Positions 14,671 to 23,293 of a DNA stretch of 32,000 nucleotides are shown here, in pieces. Every line of letters begins with the position of its first letter. Position 1 is the first letter of the stretch. The notes beneath the pieces are model-generated. The model was not told where the DNA came from and did not search any database. It saw only the letters and a program-made list of their open reading frames with translations. Where the stretch lies: positions 570,001 through 602,000 of the forward strand of contig NC_013202.1 of assembly GCF_000023965.1 (NCBI RefSeq), read 5' to 3'. The translations under genes and the position numbers were made by a program. Source of the stretch: Halomicrobium mukohataei DSM 12286 (GTDB taxonomy: Archaea > Halobacteriota > Halobacteria > Halobacteriales > Haloarculaceae).

Positions 14671-16680
14671 TCACTCCGGGTCGAGACGCGTGACGGTGAG
14701 GTGTTCGACGGTCGACCGGGCCAGTTCTTCGGGCTGGACGCTACAGACCGTGGTGCCGACCCGGACGGGGTCGGTCAGCTCGACGCGGCGCTGGTCGAGT
14801 GGCCGCCACGACCGACCGTCCGTCGAGCAGTAGATCGTCAGCGTGTCCCCGACCCGGTCCAGGCGGTACCACGGGGCATCGAGCGACGACTCTTCGAGGT
14901 GGCGGGTCGTCCCGCCCTCCCCTCGGCTCGTCCGCCAGTCGATTTTCGTCCCGTGGCCCGCGGTGAGCCCGACGTGTCCGTACGACGCCTCGTCGTCGAG
15001 TCCGTCTCTGATCATCAGCCCGGCGGTGCTCCACTCGTTGGCACCGTCGAGGTCGGTGAACTGCCCCTCGATCCGGACCGGCCCGTCGACGCTGGCACAG
15101 CGGAAGTGAAACTCGTTCCACTCGCCGTAGATGTTCTTCCCGGAGCCGGAGACGTGCCACTCGTCGCCCTCCAGCGTCGACTCGCCCGCGACGATCACGT
15201 CCCCGACATCGATCCCGTCGGTGAGCGAGAACGTCTCTTCGGCGGTCGGCACGACCGAGGGATCGGAGACCACGAGCGCGTTCCGGAGTTCGACGCGGGC
15301 CCCACCGGCCCAACTCTCCGTGAGAGAGAGCTCCCAGTTGCGCTGTTCGGCGATGTTCGTGACGATGCTCAGCCCCGTTCCGGTGCCGGTTCTGGTCGTC
15401 GTGTACCCGTCTTCGAGGACGCGCTCGCGTTCGGCCTCGGGGATGCCGGGGCCGTCGTCGGCGACGTACAGCCCGCCGGATGGCAGCGGCCCGACGCGGA
15501 CGGTCACGCCAGAGCAGCCGTGGTCGACCGCGTTCTTGAGCAGGTTTTCGAGGACCGGCCGGATGCTCGACCGAGGCGCGTTGACGACGGCGTCCGCCCC
15601 GAACTCGATCTCCAGCGACGCGGCGTCGAAGCCGACCAGTTCCCACACGTCCTCGAGGAGGTCGGACAGCGACACCGGACTCGACTGTCCGACGCCGACC
15701 CCCTCGGGCGAGAGCGACGAGTTCTCCAGGACCGTCTGCGTGAGATCGTCGAGGATCTCGTCGATGCGCGTGATCGCCTCGCTGGCCTGTTCGAGCGTCG
15801 TCACGTCGCCGGTCTCGCGGGCCAGGGCGATCCGGCCGCTGGCGATCTGAATGGGGCTCTTCACGTCGTGTCGGATCGACCGGACGAACTCCTCCATCCG
15901 TTCGTCCTGGCACTTCAGGCGCTCGCGTCGCTCGACGATCTCCGTGACATCGCGAGTCCAGCCGACGAGTCCGACGACCTCGCCGTCGTGTTTCCAGGGC
16001 AGTTTCGTCGTCCACGACCAGTGGGTGCCGTCGGGCGTCGTGTAACTCGCCTCCTTGTCGTAGATCGGTTCGCCCTCCTCGATGACCCGGAGATCGTCCT
16101 CGTAGGACGCGAGGGTGTTGTCCGACTCTCCGTACACCTCCACGTCGGTTTTGCCGATGAACTCCTCGGAGCTGAAATCGCCCGGACTCGTCGACTTGCG
16201 GAGGTGACGAGCCGCGCGGTCCTTGACGTACACCGCGCCCTCGACGCCGTCGAGAATCGCCCTGAACATGCTACTCTCAGCGGCCTGGTCGCGGCGGCGT
16301 TCGTACCGGTCGACGGCGGCGGCGAGGCGATCGGGCAGGTCGTCCTCGTCGAGGACGATCTCGCTCGCACCGACCTGCGTGGCGCGTGCTGCCGTCCGAC
16401 CGGCCGAGTCATCGAGCGACAGGAGGATGGGGCGGTGCTCGTCGACCGCGTGAATCCGTTCACACGCCTCGACGACCGACGCGTCGGTCGGGGCTGCCGT
16501 CACCAGCACGCAACCCACGTCGCGGCGGTCCGACAGCGTCGCGAGTGCGGCCTCGACGCTGTCGACGACGACGACGACCTCGTCGAACGAACCCGCCGAG
16601 CCAGACCGGACTTGAGCCACCGCCCGCTCGCGTCCGCCGACCACGAGAACCGTGGTCGGGTCACTCAGTAAGTCGTCCAT
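14671..16680 (-). CDS. soluble sensor histidine kinase: degenerate receiver - PAS - HisKA - HATPase_c - extra C-terminal beta-sandwich (ConA/DUF1349-like) domain
   Basis: H-box SIRHDVKSPI, N-box ENLLKNAVDH, G1 ADDGPGIP, G2 GTGTGLSIV. A PAS-like segment lies upstream. There are no TM segments. About 200 aa follow the ATPase domain. Confidence 0.85.
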   Translation of the reverse strand: MDDLLSDPTTVLVVGGRERAVAQVRSGSAGSFDEVVVVVDSVEAALATLSDRRDVGCVLVTAAPTDASVVEACERIHAVDEHRPILLSLDDSAGRTAARATQVGASEIVLDEDDLPDRLAAAVDRYERRRDQAAESSMFRAILDGVEGAVYVKDRAARHLRKSTSPGDFSSEEFIGKTDVEVYGESDNTLASYEDDLRVIEEGEPIYDKEASYTTPDGTHWSWTTKLPWKHDGEVVGLVGWTRDVTEIVERRERLKCQDERMEEFVRSIRHDVKSPIQIASGRIALARETGDVTTLEQASEAITRIDEILDDLTQTVLENSSLSPEGVGVGQSSPVSLSDLLEDVWELVGFDAASLEIEFGADAVVNAPRSSIRPVLENLLKNAVDHGCSGVTVRVGPLPSGGLYVADDGPGIPEAERERVLEDGYTTTRTGTGTGLSIVTNIAEQRNWELSLTESWAGGARVELRNALVVSDPSVVPTAEETFSLTDGIDVGDVIVAGESTLEGDEWHVSGSGKNIYGEWNEFHFRCASVDGPVRIEGQFTDLDGANEWSTAGLMIRDGLDDEASYGHVGLTAGHGTKIDWRTSRGEGGTTRHLEESSLDAPWYRLDRVGDTLTIYCSTDGRSWRPLDQRRVELTDPVRVGTTVCSVQPEELARSTVEHLTVTRLDPE

Positions 16681-16965
16681 CAGTCACCAGTTCCGAGTGA
16701 GAGCACCAGCCGACGCGTCTTAATTCCCAGCTTTTCTTTCGATAATCGGACGTAGTATGAAGGATTCTCGTTCTGAAACGGACCGGAAACGAGGTGCAGC
16801 GTCCGTCGATGACGGCCCGGAACGCCGACCCGAATCCGTGACGGCGACAGCGACGCCACTGTGACAGGCAGTGCGAGACGGGCGAAAGACGAGGGCGACC
16901 GAGACGGTCGCCACGAACGCACCCGCTGCGCTCGCCGTGCGGGCCCGGCGAGAAGTAGTCCGGTG

Positions 16966-17286
<321 letters not shown>

Positions 17287-17302
17287 TTAAATACTGTCGG
17301 GG

Positions 17303-19513
17303 TTATTTCGCCGTGCCACGCGAGCGAACGATCTCGTCGACGAGCGAGACGGCCCGATCGGCCGCCGCCTCGTCGACCGTGCCGGCGTAGCGAGCCCGTT
17401 CTCTGATCGATGCCACCTCGCGTGCGCGCTCGTCGGCGTCGACGGCGTCGAGATACGCTCGGACGGTCTCCTCGGCACGGCGCGGCCGGTCGTGTTCGCG
17501 CCCCAGATGGTACACGAGCCGCTGAAAGGCCCGCTCGGCGTCTCGCTCGGGGGTCGACCGGGGCTGGTAGTAGAGCCACACGCCCCGGTAGACGCGCCGG
17601 CCCAGATCGCTCCGGCGCACGCCGATCACGGTCCCGACGATCGCGAGCAGTCCCAGTGCCGCCTCCCGACGGGACGGCAGCGAACTGGTCGGGCCGGGCC
17701 GGTCCGTCGTCGCACCGACAGTGTCGGTGGGGGACTCGCCGACCCGCGTCGCGGTCGAGATGCTGTCTTCCGGGTTGACGCCGGGACGACTCTGGGGACC
17801 GAGCGGCGTTCCCCCGGCGTCGGTATCGTTGTCGACCGGCGTGAGCGGCTGTGGGGTCGCCGTCGGCGTCGGCGACCACTCCGGGCCGCCGCTCTCGTTG
17901 GTGTCGACGGACGGGCGGTCTCGTTCGCGGGCCGACTCGACGTTCCGGTCGCGGGCGCTCTCTCGGTCGCTGGCCGGCGTCGGGTCGAACCGGACCCAGC
18001 CGTACTCTTCGAAGTAGACCTCGACCCAGGCGTGGGCGTTCTGTCCGCGCACGACCCATCGATCCTCGGCGACCCGTTCGCCGGACGTGTAGCCGACGGC
18101 CATCCGCGCCGGGATGTCCTGTGTCCGCAGCATCGTCGCCATCGTCGTCGCGTAGTAGGTGCAGTAGCCGGCCGACATCTCGAAGAGGAAGGCGTCGGCG
18201 ACGTTACCGTCGGGACGGCGCACGTCCAGCGAGTACTCGCGGTTGTTCTCCAGCCAGTTTTCGATCGTCAGCGCCGTCTCGTAGGGCGTACGCGCGTCGC
18301 GTGTGAGCCGCTCGGTCCGCTCGCCGACGCGGTCGGGCGTGCTCGCGGGCAGTTGCGTGTACGTCTCGTTGACTCGCGCGGGGTAGGCACGCGTGGTGTC
18401 GTTGAGCTGGGCGGGCGTGGCCGCGGGGACGGCACTGGTGACGCGATAGCTGTCGCCCTCTCGAATGGGTGCGCCGGTCGCGAGGCCCCCGTCGCCGCCG
18501 ACGCGTGTGGCGGGGTTGCCACGGCTCTGGATCGGCTTCCAGGCCGCCGGCATCACCCCGGCGTCCGTTTCGGCCCGGAAGCGCTGCTCGACGATCCGGG
18601 TCGGGCCGGGCGGCTCGTCGAGTCGGTCACCGCCGTACGCGCGGCTGTTGGTCTGACTGACCCACCCGTCACCGGTGTACCGGTCGAAGCTCCCGATCCG
18701 CCAGTAACGAGGCTCGCTGCTGGTGACGGTAAAGCGGACCTCGGGCGAGAGGCTGATCGAGCCCTGGACCGAGAGCTGGTCGCCGCTCTGGAGGAGACTC
18801 GCCTCGACCGTGTCCGAGCCGGTGCCGTCGACGTTCAGCGACAGCCCCGCAGTGGCGGGGACGACCGACACCAGCGACGGGACGACGACCATCAGCGCGG
18901 CCGTCACGAGGATCGTCTCGGCGTCGACGATCGGTTCGCCGCGGCGGTCGAAGTCGCCAAAGCCAAGCGCCGCCACCGCGGCGACGACGCCCGACAGCGT
19001 CGTCAGCAGGTCGGCGTCGCCGGTCAGGACCAGGAACCCCAGCGTCCCGCCCGCCGCGGCGACGGACAGGGCATAGCGGCGTCGCATCGCGAAGTACCAC
19101 GTCAGGAAGGTGGGCGCGGGCGTGACACCGAGCACCCACGCCCGAATGTTGGTGATCCGCAGGAGCGTGTTGCCAGTCAGCAAGGAGAGCGTGTCGGTCA
19201 GCAACTCCCCGATCCGCGGCGAGCCGCTCAGTTGCTGGACGTACCACCAGAGCCCGACCAACAGGAGGACGCCGCCGAGCGCGACGGCACTGCGCGGGGG
19301 CAGGAGACGGGCCAGCACCGTCGCGGCGACCAGCGAGGCGGCGACGACCGCCAGAAACCGCGACGGGAGCCCGACCACGTCGATGAAGAAGTACAGCACT
19401 TGCAGCGTCGAGAGGAGCATCGCCGCGACCGCGACCAGCGCCGCAGTCCGGGTCCGTCCGGGGACGCCGTCGACGGCGGGCCAGCCGAGCCCCAGCCGAC
19501 CTGCCGTGCTCAC
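17303..19513 (-). CDS. transglutaminase-like membrane protein (DUF3488-like N-terminal TM region, TGase core, DUF4129-like C-terminus)
   Basis: The GTG at 19513 overlaps the TGA of the upstream DUF58 gene (GTGA). Multiple N-terminal TM helices are present. The catalytic triad context is AGYCTYYAT ... NAHAWVEVY ... FDPTP. The listed ORF extension to 20425 runs through the DUF58 gene and is rejected. Confidence 0.8.
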   Translation of the reverse strand: MSTAGRLGLGWPAVDGVPGRTRTAALVAVAAMLLSTLQVLYFFIDVVGLPSRFLAVVAASLVAATVLARLLPPRSAVALGGVLLLVGLWWYVQQLSGSPRIGELLTDTLSLLTGNTLLRITNIRAWVLGVTPAPTFLTWYFAMRRRYALSVAAAGGTLGFLVLTGDADLLTTLSGVVAAVAALGFGDFDRRGEPIVDAETILVTAALMVVVPSLVSVVPATAGLSLNVDGTGSDTVEASLLQSGDQLSVQGSISLSPEVRFTVTSSEPRYWRIGSFDRYTGDGWVSQTNSRAYGGDRLDEPPGPTRIVEQRFRAETDAGVMPAAWKPIQSRGNPATRVGGDGGLATGAPIREGDSYRVTSAVPAATPAQLNDTTRAYPARVNETYTQLPASTPDRVGERTERLTRDARTPYETALTIENWLENNREYSLDVRRPDGNVADAFLFEMSAGYCTYYATTMATMLRTQDIPARMAVGYTSGERVAEDRWVVRGQNAHAWVEVYFEEYGWVRFDPTPASDRESARDRNVESARERDRPSVDTNESGGPEWSPTPTATPQPLTPVDNDTDAGGTPLGPQSRPGVNPEDSISTATRVGESPTDTVGATTDRPGPTSSLPSRREAALGLLAIVGTVIGVRRSDLGRRVYRGVWLYYQPRSTPERDAERAFQRLVYHLGREHDRPRRAEETVRAYLDAVDADERAREVASIRERARYAGTVDEAAADRAVSLVDEIVRSRGTAK

Positions 19514-20487
19514 GAGACACCCTCCGCGACCAGCGGATTGTCGCGCGTGGTCGTCAGTTCCGTCAGTTCGTGGACGGCGTCGCCGAGCGAGACGGTCACG
19601 CCCGTGGCGTCGGCACGGACGCGTACGTCGGCCCGGTTCCAGGCGGTCTCGTCGACGTCGCCGCTGCTCGTCCGCGCGAGGAGTTCGAGCGCCCGCTGGC
19701 GGTGGCGCTGGCCGCCGCCCGCCTCGATCGAACCGGCCGGGACCGTCATCGCGGTGGTCAGCCCCGCTCGGAGCGCGCCGACGAGGACCGTCGCCGCGCC
19801 AGCGGCCATCTCGTCGGCGTGACCCTCGGTCGACCGTGCCGCGATCGAGATCCCCTCGCCGCCGACGGGATCGGAGAACTCCGTCACCAGCAGGTCGTCG
19901 TGTTTGGCGCTCGACTTCCAGTGGACGTCTCGCAGCGAGTCGCCGGGCACGTACTCGCGGAGTCGGTCGAACTCGCTGCGCTGGCCGCTGTCCAGTCCCA
20001 GCGTCCGCTCGAAGGTCGCGCCGCCCAGTGAGTAGACCGCCGGATAGACGACGACCTCCGTGCGCTCGGTGACCTCGTGGCGCTGTTCGACCAGCCCGAG
20101 CACGTCCCGGACGGCGACGGTCGTCCGGGAGAGTTCGTAGACCCCGCGTGCGTCGTACCTGAGGTCGTAGCTGACCGTCGCCGGCAGCGTCCGCTCGAAT
20201 TCGGCCGCCGCCGACAGGCCGTCGGCGAGCCCCTCGGTGATCGTCGCGACGCCGCGTCCCTCGACCGTCAGCGAGACGGTCCGGGACTCGCCGGGAAAGC
20301 CACGACGGGGTTGGCTGCGCTCGACCGTCGGTGCCCCCGCCCGTGTCACCTGGAGCGCGCCGACCGCGAGGGCGATCGACAGCGGCGCGGCGACGGCGTT
20401 TAGCGACCGCGGGCCCGACAGCCACGCCATCGTCACTGCCAGTCCCACGACGGCGAGCGTCGCGGCGCCGCGGCGTGTCGGTCTCAT
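19510..20487 (-). CDS. DUF58 domain protein
   Basis: Two N-terminal TM helices followed by EFDRLREYVPGDSLRDVHWKSSAK, the DUF58 signature. The ATG overlaps the moxR stop (ATGA). Confidence 0.82.
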   Translation of the reverse strand: MRPTRRGAATLAVVGLAVTMAWLSGPRSLNAVAAPLSIALAVGALQVTRAGAPTVERSQPRRGFPGESRTVSLTVEGRGVATITEGLADGLSAAAEFERTLPATVSYDLRYDARGVYELSRTTVAVRDVLGLVEQRHEVTERTEVVVYPAVYSLGGATFERTLGLDSGQRSEFDRLREYVPGDSLRDVHWKSSAKHDDLLVTEFSDPVGGEGISIAARSTEGHADEMAAGAATVLVGALRAGLTTAMTVPAGSIEAGGGQRHRQRALELLARTSSGDVDETAWNRADVRVRADATGVTVSLGDAVHELTELTTTRDNPLVAEGVS

Positions 20488-21446
20488 TCTTCGATCGGGA
20501 CAGTGTCGAGAGCCGTCCGGACCAGCCCCGCGCCGGTCTGTTCGGCGGTGTCGGTTCGGATGCGGTGGGGCAACACGACGCGTGCTTCCGCGCGCACGTC
20601 GTCGGGGACGACGTAGTCTCTGCCGTCCAGTACCGCGCGGGCCTGTGCCGCCCGCAAGAGCGCGATGCTCCCGCGCGGGCTCACGCCCAGTTGGCCGTGT
20701 TCGCGGGTGTAGCGTGCCAGCCGCGTCGCGTACTCGCGAAGCGGCGCTTCGATCGTCACGTCCGAGACCGTCCGCTGAGCCCGGCGAAACTCCTCGACGC
20801 TGGCGACCGGCGAGAGGCGCTCGATCGGGTGGTCGCTGACGACGCGAGCGAGCATGGCCGCCTCGTCGTCGGCGCTGGGGTAGCCGAGGTGGAGCTTCTT
20901 CATGAAGCGGTCCAGCTCCGCCATCGGGAGCGCGTATGTCCGGTTCTGCTCGACGGTGTTCTGGGTCGCGATGACGGTGAACGGATCTGGCACGTCCCGC
21001 GTATCCCCGTCGACCGTGACCTGCTCTTCTTCCATCGCTTCCAGCAGCGCCGACTGGGTCTTGGGCGGCGCGCGGTTGATCTCGTCGCCCAGGACGACGT
21101 TCGCGAAGATCGGTCCCTCCTGGAAGGTGAACGTCTCGGTCTGCTGGTTGTACACGTTGACGCCCGTCACGTCCGACGGCAACAGATCCGGCGTGAACTG
21201 GACGCGCTTGAAGCTACCGTCGAAGGAGGCCGCGACGGCCTTCGCCAGCATCGTCTTGCCGACGCCGGGAACGTCCTCCAGTAGGATATGGCCCCGCCCC
21301 AGCATCGCGGTCAGGATGTGCTCGATCTCCTCGTGGTGGCCGACGATGACCCGCTCGACGTTCTCGATGACCTGGGTCGCGACTCGGTTCGCCTCGCCGA
21401 GGGCAGAGTCGGAGTGGGACCCTCGTGATGTGTCGGTATCTGTCAT
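20484..21446 (-). CDS. MoxR-family AAA+ ATPase
   Basis: ATG at 21446. Walker A EDVPGVGKT, Walker B VLGDEINRAPPKTQSALLEAMEE, then VIATQNT and LDRF motifs typical of MoxR. Confidence 0.9.
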   Translation of the reverse strand: MTDTDTSRGSHSDSALGEANRVATQVIENVERVIVGHHEEIEHILTAMLGRGHILLEDVPGVGKTMLAKAVAASFDGSFKRVQFTPDLLPSDVTGVNVYNQQTETFTFQEGPIFANVVLGDEINRAPPKTQSALLEAMEEEQVTVDGDTRDVPDPFTVIATQNTVEQNRTYALPMAELDRFMKKLHLGYPSADDEAAMLARVVSDHPIERLSPVASVEEFRRAQRTVSDVTIEAPLREYATRLARYTREHGQLGVSPRGSIALLRAAQARAVLDGRDYVVPDDVRAEARVVLPHRIRTDTAEQTGAGLVRTALDTVPIEE

Positions 21447-21649
21447 TGTTGTCAGTGTCCACCGCAGGCGCGCTGTCACGGGACCACGCCCCGGCAGTGG
21501 CCCCGTCGGCGGACGGCCTGGGACTGCCGTCGCCGGGCGCGATGCCGGTCGTGGCCCCTCCTTAGGGATCAGCGCTTGTAATACTGCTGCCTGTTACCAC
21601 GACACGCATACGACCGCAGACAGACGACACGGTCCGCCAGACCGTCGAG

Positions 21650-21904
21650 CTACCACTCCTTGCAGTCGGGACAGACCAGCCCGTCCTCGCCCTGCCAGCG
21701 GTACGAAACCGAGGCCCCACACCGGCAGCAGGGCTCGCCGTCGGGCGACCAGGCCGCCGTCGTCACTGCCGGCTCGACGCCGTCCGGTGACACCCGACCG
21801 CCGTCGTCGCCCGCCTGCTCGTTCCCACTCGTCGACGACTCGTCTCGGGGCTCGTCGTCCGTGGCGTCGCCGACGAAGTCCGTCAGCGAGGCGTCGTCAC
21901 TCAT
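21650..21904 (-). CDS. small acidic protein with C-terminal zinc ribbon (84 aa)
   Basis: Acidic N-terminus followed by CCRCG...(17 aa)...CPDCKEW. The layout is that of conserved haloarchaeal small zinc-ribbon proteins. Confidence 0.55.
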   Translation of the reverse strand: MSDDASLTDFVGDATDDEPRDESSTSGNEQAGDDGGRVSPDGVEPAVTTAAWSPDGEPCCRCGASVSYRWQGEDGLVCPDCKEW

Positions 21905-21913
21905 ACCAACCCG

Positions 21914-22363
21914 TTGGGACGGGCGAACATTGGACCTGTCGGTGGGGACCGAACCGCGCCCGGACCCGCCGACAGCGATTTCGGCCCCGACGACCTCCGA
22001 CGAGACGTGCCCGCGACAGTACGTCGAGACGCACTGCTGGCCGCCCTCGCGTCGGCCGGACTGCTCGCGCTGTTGGTCGCCGAACGAGCGGTCGACGCGC
22101 TCACCGCCCCGGCGGCGATCGCCAGCGGCGTCGCGGTGGCGCTACTGGTCGAAGTCGCGTTCCTGCGATCGACGGCGGTCGCGCGCCTGTGGACGCGCCC
22201 GGCGATCCAGCTGGGCTCGGCGGGCGGGCTCCTCGCCGTTGGACTGGCCGGCTACGCGCTCGCCGGGCCACTCGTCGTGGCGGCGCTGTCCTGGGGACTG
22301 GTCACCTACTTCGCCCTGCTCTGTGTGCTCCTGGCGAGCGGTCGCCGTCCGACGACCGAGTGA
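21914..22363 (+). CDS. hypothetical membrane protein (start uncertain; alternative GTG at 22007)
   Basis: Three to four hydrophobic helices (LLAALASAGLLALLV, IASGVAVALLVEV, LGSAGGLLAVGLAGYAL, LVTYFALLCVLLA). No recognisable family. Confidence 0.45.
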   Translation: MGRANIGPVGGDRTAPGPADSDFGPDDLRRDVPATVRRDALLAALASAGLLALLVAERAVDALTAPAAIASGVAVALLVEVAFLRSTAVARLWTRPAIQLGSAGGLLAVGLAGYALAGPLVVAALSWGLVTYFALLCVLLASGRRPTTE

Positions 22364-22391
22364 CGGACGGCGGCGGCCGAAAGAGCTTTGT

Positions 22392-22410
22392 CGTGGTACC
22401 GGGTACCACG
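22392..22410. promoter_or_regulatory. perfect 9+9 palindrome CGTGGTACC-G-GGTACCACG 5 nt upstream of the micro-protein ATG
   Basis: Read directly from the sequence. The one-base spacer makes an RNA hairpin unlikely and fits a dimeric DNA-binding site. It would cover the expected transcription start of a leaderless or short-leader mRNA. Confidence 0.4.
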
Positions 22411-22414
22411 GGTG

Positions 22415-22534
22415 ATGATCGACGGCTCTACGTGCCCGAACTGCGGCGGCCACGTCTCCACGACCAACGGCACCGACTACGAGTGTGACGACTGCGGGAG
22501 CGAGTTCGACACCGCCGACCTCTTTCTGCCCTGA
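22415..22534 (+). CDS. 39-aa zinc-finger micro-protein (below the ORF-track length cut-off)
   Basis: ATG 22415 to TGA 22532-22534 encodes MIDGSTCPNCGGHVSTTNGTDYECDDCGSEFDTADLFLP. It has CPxCG plus CxxC motifs, as in haloarchaeal zinc-finger micro-proteins, and an acidic tail. Confidence 0.45.
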   Translation: MIDGSTCPNCGGHVSTTNGTDYECDDCGSEFDTADLFLP

Positions 22535-22567
22535 TCCCCGACAGTTTTGCCGACGCCCGACCAAGCG

Positions 22568-23062
22568 ATGAGCGATGGTCACGTTCGCCCCGCCGAACAC
22601 GACGATATCTCGGCGATACAACGCGTCGCCCGAGAAACCTGGCACGCCGCCTACGACCCCGTCCTCGGCCCCGAAGCCGTCGACGCGACGGTCGAGGAGT
22701 GGTACGCCGAGTCGGTCGTCGCCGACGGCATCGCGAACGACGCGACCGCCTACCTCGTCGCGGTCGACGACGGCGTCGTCGGGTACGCCTTCGGCGGCCA
22801 GATCGAAGCCGACCTCGCCGGCCTGTCGGCGATCTACGTCCAGCCCGACCGCTGGGGCGCGGGCATCGGACACCGACTGTTCGTCGCCCTCACCGACCGG
22901 CTCCGAGAGCGCGGCCCCGAACGGCTCCAGATCCGCGTGCTCGCGGCCAACGACCGAGCACGAACGTTCTACGAGCGCCACGGCGCGACCCTCGCCGACC
23001 GCCAGCAGATCACGCTCGCCGAGGTTCCTGTCGACAAAGTGACCTACGAACGACCGCTGTGA
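22568..23062 (+). CDS. GNAT family N-acetyltransferase
   Basis: ATG at 22568. Motif A is IYVQPDRWGAGIGHRLF (Q/R-x-x-G-x-G/A). The C-terminal ARTFYERHG motif is present. Confidence 0.8.
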   Translation: MSDGHVRPAEHDDISAIQRVARETWHAAYDPVLGPEAVDATVEEWYAESVVADGIANDATAYLVAVDDGVVGYAFGGQIEADLAGLSAIYVQPDRWGAGIGHRLFVALTDRLRERGPERLQIRVLAANDRARTFYERHGATLADRQQITLAEVPVDKVTYERPL

Positions 23063-23085
23063 GTCGCCGCGCGCTTTCGAAATCC

Positions 23086-23094
23086 TTTTTGATA
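23086..23094 (+). promoter_or_regulatory. TATA-like box for tRNA-Phe
   Basis: TTTTTGATA is centred about 28 nt upstream of tRNA position 1 (23119). Confidence 0.35.
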
Positions 23095-23118
23095 CCCTCG
23101 GCGTCGTCCCGAATGCGC

Positions 23119-23192
23119 GCCGCCTTAGCTCAGACTGGGAGAGCACTCGACTGAAGATCGGGCTGTCCCCGGTTCAAATCCGGGAGGCGGCA
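23119..23192 (+). tRNA. tRNA-Phe (anticodon GAA)
   Basis: Hand-folded cloverleaf. Acceptor GCCGCCT/AGGCGGC, D arm GCTC-AGACTGGGA-GAGC, anticodon arm CTCGA-CTGAAGA-TCGGG, variable loop CTGTC, T arm CCCGG-TTCAAAT-CCGGG, discriminator A. CCA is not encoded, and TTTT follows immediately. Confidence 0.95.
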
Positions 23193-23293
23193 TTTTCCTG
23201 CGACCGAAGGGAGCAGTGAAAATGCTCCCGAGCGGATTTGAACTAGACCGAGATTCTGCGAGCGGAGCGAGCAGGGTCTCGGGCGTAGTTCAC

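Noticed and set aside
13690-16671. 993-aa + strand ORF overlapping engB (different frame) and antisense to the histidine kinase
   Set aside because: The composition is Arg/Pro/Gly-rich with no recognisable domains. engB (+) and the kinase (-) both carry full motif sets that explain the region.
16681-16965. Possible SRP (7S) RNA or other known structured RNA gene
   Set aside because: I could not find the conserved helix-8 motif (GGAA/GNAR tetraloop with flanking AGCA/GGUA-type loops) or Alu-domain features on either strand. It is kept only as a low-interest 'unexplained intergenic' finding.
17492-19822. 776-aa + strand ORF, plus similar long ORFs at 2556-3896, 4190-5239, 11298-12614, 12819-13928, 20902-22488, 26749-28413 and 28857-30125
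   Set aside because: All lie antisense or out of frame to genes with clear family signatures. They are basic (Arg-rich), unlike the acidic real proteome of this organism, and carry no motifs.
19514-20425. N-terminal 304-aa extension of the transglutaminase ORF (listed as 17303-20425)
   Set aside because: The extension is Arg/Gly/Asp-rich and completely overlaps the DUF58 gene in another frame. A GTG at 19513 overlapping the DUF58 stop gives a sensible membrane-protein N-terminus.
23232-23244. Inverted T-arm-like string GCGGATTTGAACT, considered as a second (minus-strand) tRNA or tRNA fragment
   Set aside because: Only ~11 nt match, and no complementary T-stem, acceptor or anticodon arm can be folded around it. 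It is mentioned only as part of the att-scar region.
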